Below are positions 60,401 to 64,000 of a stretch of 64,000 bases of DNA, piece after piece. Under the pieces are notes generated by a model that was not told the origin of the DNA, ran no database searches, and saw only the letters and a list, made by a program, of their open reading frames with translations. Positions within the stretch are counted from its first letter, which is position 1, and every line of letters starts with the position of its first letter. Source of the DNA: Candidatus Omnitrophota bacterium (GTDB taxonomy: Bacteria > Omnitrophota > Gorgyraeia > Zapsychrales > Fredricksoniimonadaceae). The stretch lies in the NCBI GenBank assembly GCA_903944345.1, contig CAJARJ010000015.1:6433-70432 (forward strand), given 5' to 3'. A program made the position numbers and the translations under genes.

Positions 60401-61853
60401 ATTCCTGTGAATTGTCGAGCGCTTCTTCCGGCATCTTAATCTCAGAGCCAACAGCATCGGTCTCCGGCAACTCCGCAACAGCATCAACATTTTCTACCTG
60501 CGAAGCTATATATGGTACCGGCTGGTTGGCAACATCCGCCCCCGCAGACAAGGCGGCAGCTACCATAGCCGCGCTATTCTCGACCAGTTCGTCCCCCTGC
60601 AGCGCATCCGGAGCGACTTGCGGAATATCCAAAAGATTTTTTGTATTTCCACCTGCAAACTCTCCCCGGGGCATCAAGGCCACCGAGAAACGGACAATAT
60701 GCCGGCCAAGGCTTAAAAGAGCCCCAGGCAACCGCTCCCCCAGCGAAGCCACCGGCAGAAACCTGGTTTGCATGGCCGCGTCGCCAAGAGTCAGCCCGCC
60801 CGAAAAATACCGGCGAGGAATCATTTCCTGCCCCACCGGATCAAACTCTTCCCGAATCAAATCAAACACACCCTTTTTCAGCGCAACCATATACTGCTCA
60901 TAAACTTTACGCGCAGCATCTTTCTCGTCGATCTGTATTCCAGAAAGCTTTTGCTGGTCCGCGTACAGACGATTAACAATGCCGTCTTTCAATTTGCGCT
61001 TGAACCAGATCGCAAGAATCAGAGCATGATGCATTTGTCTCAAGGCAATAAAATGTTGCCCTTCATTAACCTCCCGCTCGATAGCCGGAATGATAATATC
61101 GCGGGCGACTGACACATAAGACTCTGATCCGGGCGTCGTGTTATAATCACGACCTTGCTCATTACGCTCGCTGTCGAAGTATTGCAGGCTCTGATGATCC
61201 TGATCCAGCAAGACTTTCAGATGACTTTCTGAAATAAAAGCCGCCCCATCCTGCTCATAAACAACAGACTCTCCTGGCACAACCCAGACCCGGCTGAAAG
61301 TATCCAGTGGGATAGAAATGTCTCCGTACTGTTCACGGACTTTTGCGTAAACCTCTCTCCAGAAGTTTTTCCCAAGCTCTGCATCGGGGTGCGTCAGCGA
61401 GGCTGCCAATTGTTTAAGCACGTAGTCTTCCCGCAAAAGATCCTGCCCCGCCGCTGTTTCTCCCAACTGGGAGTTGACAATACGATCCGGTTCAGAGGGA
61501 GAAAGGTTGACCCAAAGATCTTTTTCCGGGATAGTCAGAAAAGCCAGAAAATATTTTATGAAACGCTGCGCCTGCTCTTGAGGAATAGCAGTCGTCTCCC
61601 CGGCATCCGCCAAAAAATTGATCCTGAACGGATCCAGCGGATCAACCGAGATCCCCTGAAGAACGCTATAGGGTTTTACCGCCAAAGTTTCCAGCAAAAC
61701 ACCCGCTGGCGGCATGGCTACAGGACTCTGGGCATACGATAGATCCCGGCCAGCCAATCCGGCACAATAAAAGAAAACCAGCGCTCCGCACAAACGGCGA
61801 AACCATGGATGCGCACGAAAGCCACTCAAAAACCTTTGCCCTGTGAGGACCAT
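57456..61853 (-). CDS. Very large secreted/membrane protein of unknown family (1465 aa), paralog of the downstream 1003-aa protein
   Basis: Signal peptide. The same N-terminal domain ('KYFLAFLTIP', 'WVNLSP', 'IPLDTF', 'IIPAIEREVNEG', 'ILAIWFKR', 'IPRRYFSGG'). Central region with 3-4 TM helices ('FYFPIIVFFANPILTGFNYLFALELPMFSAGIITASGFGVFALSLALFWVV'). Q/S/G-rich low-complexity C-terminus. Confidence 0.7.
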   Translation of the reverse strand: MVLTGQRFLSGFRAHPWFRRLCGALVFFYCAGLAGRDLSYAQSPVAMPPAGVLLETLAVKPYSVLQGISVDPLDPFRINFLADAGETTAIPQEQAQRFIKYFLAFLTIPEKDLWVNLSPSEPDRIVNSQLGETAAGQDLLREDYVLKQLAASLTHPDAELGKNFWREVYAKVREQYGDISIPLDTFSRVWVVPGESVVYEQDGAAFISESHLKVLLDQDHQSLQYFDSERNEQGRDYNTTPGSESYVSVARDIIIPAIEREVNEGQHFIALRQMHHALILAIWFKRKLKDGIVNRLYADQQKLSGIQIDEKDAARKVYEQYMVALKKGVFDLIREEFDPVGQEMIPRRYFSGGLTLGDAAMQTRFLPVASLGERLPGALLSLGRHIVRFSVALMPRGEFAGGNTKNLLDIPQVAPDALQGDELVENSAAMVAAALSAGADVANQPVPYIASQVENVDAVAELPETDAVGSEIKMPEEALDNSQESAFSFWWKKYALTVFGEDLFRKGAPLSGNRLQVLADILRRQMKVAATDETEASRGVLVTSLSAKGTEKTHFIKAHLLRWSETLVGWGNKDFFAYSQEDALQKDLLQKQVLADLNGIMNNAYMFIRKTAFLPSLISRDVDSFPRNVQYRNLLTDFNFLSMDTLEILSGYLASNPPLGDKDRSIILRDIRQLHKMRMSAVKYLQVLEYRAVVDKVISYKMDKRHWMERWWFPFAPFIRWVLMDQYRLDRSLNELRRLVPQLLELQNDIIPDLYGSKEDRGLIVRQGISGLNEMIEKADSLFPVMGASGRKINTYRSLLSRAWRVFYFPIIVFFANPILTGFNYLFALELPMFSAGIITASGFGVFALSLALFWVVAHFNVKAPDLRAMSRLLEDQFTNFLNMYRGNRVPQVDGDSQVARISLGIMEGIESQQRERNTTNSPSVDMVLFIPGKKEYVSGLEDFIAERKGGSLFRPDVPLFVVPPNGTKGSMNAYFDAQSYAKQMLQDQRILGEYPRLKGIAERDLNVLVVFRGDDSYQEDIFLEWAVINGYRMSQKMMDSKKVLKNHAGWRVIVYSRDVFLGTIPPYVPRDVNILTSFVRKKDLKSLGFMIMKHFEDGFHVRTIHEKRDFDELRKEEVYKPLPSEVLRHLDEEYGLVREEMRHLPAYTGLVSFGPRVVRILDKLKDGLDPYRKQYHYLHMTMDGINLLVKPIGEILQDHYLDARVKAKDFRDSYSMNDSEQARAHMLPFFKMFVKAREEAIGDDLVANPLMPHQGAASIVFVNSPETRNRARKLLQEGGLPDFRNPQEMGSGHRASLAAQQKAVRVLPGQSSLARLRQRAQSDRYRTLPGQENLARLSGLTAGGLYPTMPVQGSSGNLSGLMSASRVNVSDRSVSGQDSDHAQLRSDGDSAQAEEMIANGGLDFSAAPRSISFMGHATGVVAQGGIDPVIFSRINSGFTGFDFEILNFQPVSDPLQFFGMMIQK

Positions 61854-62010
61854 ATCTTCATACCAGCAATTTCTGTAAGAACGAAACCTTCAACTGGATA
61901 GAAGTTTACAGTCCGTATGCAAAGAAACGAAGACAGGAATGTGAACTCTCTGTAAAATCTGCACAAAAAACTGGCAAACGGGAAAGAAACGGAAGGAAGA
62001 TATCCAAAAA

Positions 62011-62820
62011 TCAGACAAACAAGAGGAGGCTCAGGGCCATCAAGGCCATTCCACCCACAAAACCATAAATGCAGTGATGATGCTCTCCGTACTCTTCCGC
62101 AGACGGCACCAGCTCATCGATTGAAATAAAAACCATGATGCCGGCCACAACAGCAAAAAGAATACCGAACATAAGGTCATTAAAGAAAGGGCGCAACAGC
62201 ACAAATCCTACCAAGGCTCCGAGAGGCTCAAAAAGACCTGACAAAAATGAATACAGAAAAGCTTTCTTCCGGCTTCCGGTAGCATAATAAACCGGAACCG
62301 CCACGGCAATCCCTTCAGGGATATTATGCAAGGCAACCGCCACGGCAATCATGATCCCGAGCTTGGGGTCACTTAATGCGCTCATGAACGTGGCCAGCCC
62401 CTCCGGAAAGTTGTGAATCGCGATGACCAAAGCAACAAACAGTCCGGTCCGCTGCAGAGCCGGAGCCTTGCCCGGCTGGGCATCAAAATGATGAATTTCA
62501 TGCGGGTTATCGGCTTCCGGAATCAACTTGTCAATTATTGCTATCAGCGCCACCCCGCCAAAAAAAGCCCCCGCTGTGGCCCAGGCACCGGCTCTATCTC
62601 CCAGCACCGATACAAAACTCACCCGCGCTTTGGCCAGGATTTCGACAAACGAAACATAAATCATGACTCCAGCTGAAAATCCCAACGCCATCGCAAGAAA
62701 CTTCTTATTCATAGCCCGGGAAGATAAGGCAATCAAACTGCCAAATCCGGTTGAAAGGCCGGCAAAAACAGTCAATCCAGCCGCCATCCAAACCCGGGAT
62801 GAATCAAGATTTTCTAACAT
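62011..62820 (-). CDS. zupT: ZIP-family zinc transporter
   Basis: 'HNFPEGLA' and 'HNIPEGIAVAV' are ZIP signature motifs. Eight TM helices. Confidence 0.85.
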   Translation of the reverse strand: MLENLDSSRVWMAAGLTVFAGLSTGFGSLIALSSRAMNKKFLAMALGFSAGVMIYVSFVEILAKARVSFVSVLGDRAGAWATAGAFFGGVALIAIIDKLIPEADNPHEIHHFDAQPGKAPALQRTGLFVALVIAIHNFPEGLATFMSALSDPKLGIMIAVAVALHNIPEGIAVAVPVYYATGSRKKAFLYSFLSGLFEPLGALVGFVLLRPFFNDLMFGILFAVVAGIMVFISIDELVPSAEEYGEHHHCIYGFVGGMALMALSLLLFV

Positions 62821-62861
62821 ACTGTCCGTTCCCTGACTTGTTTATCACTGAAATGCCCCTG

Positions 62862-63056
62862 TTAACAACACTCTCTTTTGAAGCCGCATTTGCGTAAAAT
62901 CCATACCATTGGACACCAGTTCGTAAAAGCGGACTGCAACAGATTTAATGCGATAAATACCGTAAACCACAGCCATTGCAGACTCACATAGTACGCCAAC
63001 AGCAGGCTTATGAGAAGAAACATTCCGGCTATTCCTCGCAGCATTCTTTCGATCAT
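62862..63056 (-). CDS. Small membrane protein (DUF2892/YgaP-like)
   Basis: Two TM helices followed by 'NWCPM', typical of DUF2892. Confidence 0.5.
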   Translation of the reverse strand: MIERMLRGIAGMFLLISLLLAYYVSLQWLWFTVFIALNLLQSAFTNWCPMVWILRKCGFKRECC

Positions 63057-63083
63057 CCTGTCTCCTGTTTCTGGGCTCCGAAC

Positions 63084-63860
63084 CTATTCTGCTGTAATAA
63101 TAACAGGTGTCCCCGGAGCGATAAATTCATAGAGCTCTTCAATATCCCTGTTTCGCATACGCACACACCCCTTAGACACCGACTGCCCGATCAATTCCGG
63201 AAATATGGTTCCGTGAATCCCGAACTGCGGTTTGTCGAAGCCCAGCCAACGGGTACCAAGATAATTGTCCGGCGCGCCTCCCGGAACAACAACCCCTTTG
63301 TGAAACCAGGCCGGATAGGGATAACGCGACTGCACAAAGAAAACACCCTCGGGTGTCTGCGCTCCGGATCTGCCGGTAGAAACAGGATAGTCCTTTATCA
63401 GAACACCTTCGGACTCAAGATAAAGACGATTCAGCAGCTTGTCTATCCTGATCGTAAAAAGCTGATCCGGAAGCCTGAGCCGCTGTCCGACGGTCAGATG
63501 ACTACCTTTGATCCCATTGAGCGTCCGGATCAGCTCGATAGTCGTGCCAAAGCGCCTGGCAATCTTTCCTAAAGTATCCCCGGATTGAACCCGATACACA
63601 AGCCCGCGTGCACAGGAATACACGGAATCCAGAGGCTCATCATATCCGGAAGGACTTATGCCCAGCTTTCGTTCAAGGCGAGGAAAACGCGAATAAACCG
63701 AAGGATTTGTAAAACGTTTGTCCTGAATTTCCCACAAATCCCGGGCAAAAAAACGCCGCTCGGCATCCTGGTTCAGCAGCCGGGCCTGAACCTCGGGAGC
63801 GAGAACGGAGAACAACAGAAACAGCACCAGCGCCCTTCTCATAGAAAAGCAATATAGCAC
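63084..63860 (-). CDS. L,D-transpeptidase with an N-terminal LysM domain
   Basis: LysM 'YRVQSGDTLGKIARRFGTTIELIRTLNGI'. YkuD domain with catalytic 'HGT' and 'SKGCVRM'. Confidence 0.85.
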   Translation of the reverse strand: MLYCFSMRRALVLFLLFSVLAPEVQARLLNQDAERRFFARDLWEIQDKRFTNPSVYSRFPRLERKLGISPSGYDEPLDSVYSCARGLVYRVQSGDTLGKIARRFGTTIELIRTLNGIKGSHLTVGQRLRLPDQLFTIRIDKLLNRLYLESEGVLIKDYPVSTGRSGAQTPEGVFFVQSRYPYPAWFHKGVVVPGGAPDNYLGTRWLGFDKPQFGIHGTIFPELIGQSVSKGCVRMRNRDIEELYEFIAPGTPVIITAE

Positions 63861-64000
63861 CGTTAGCTGTTTTTGTCTTGATCGGAGACATCACATTCTG
63901 CTAAACGCGCACGAACCAAAGCACAACCTGAAACTGAACCGAAGAAGTATCAGCTCAGTGCAGGAGACACTTTAATCCATTTTTTTACGATAACTTTTCC

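Overview
This 64-kb window looks like a Deltaproteobacteria-type chromosome segment (sulfate-reducer-like), almost entirely coding, with most genes on the minus strand. It contains these main blocks, in order. (1) A large flavoprotein gene that runs off the left edge of the window. (2) A low-GC roughly 7.3-kb island (about 3441-10803) next to an initiator-type tRNA-Met. It carries an AAA+ ATPase, a pRiA4b-ORF3-like protein, a small nucleotidyltransferase, an HNH nuclease, the C-terminal stump of an SF1 helicase cut by an IS3-family (IS407-group-like) insertion sequence, and a TPR membrane protein. (3) Housekeeping genes: ftsB-like, eno, an unusual tandem-AAA FtsH-like protease plus a lipoprotein, purN, an MFS transporter, tRNA-Thr and tRNA-Phe. 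(4) A cluster of receiver-domain / phosphorelay genes with a divergent XRE-cupin regulator. (5) hppA, a GHL10-like hydrolase, HAD phosphatase, DUF502, an lpxL-like acyltransferase, lnt. (6) A complete hydrogenase locus: rex, a trimeric HydABC-type [FeFe]-hydrogenase, a HydS-like sensory [FeFe]-hydrogenase with a PAS domain, and a PP2C phosphatase. (7) GH15, an NhaP-type antiporter, and the pstSCAB-phoU / porin / phoR-phoB phosphate module. (8) Two very large tandem paralogous envelope proteins (1003 and 1465 aa) directly upstream of phoBR that share an N-terminal domain of about 330 aa I cannot assign to any family; this is my best candidate for an undescribed system. (9) zupT, a small membrane protein and a LysM L,D-transpeptidase. 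All calls come from reading the six-frame translations and the DNA; no searches were run.
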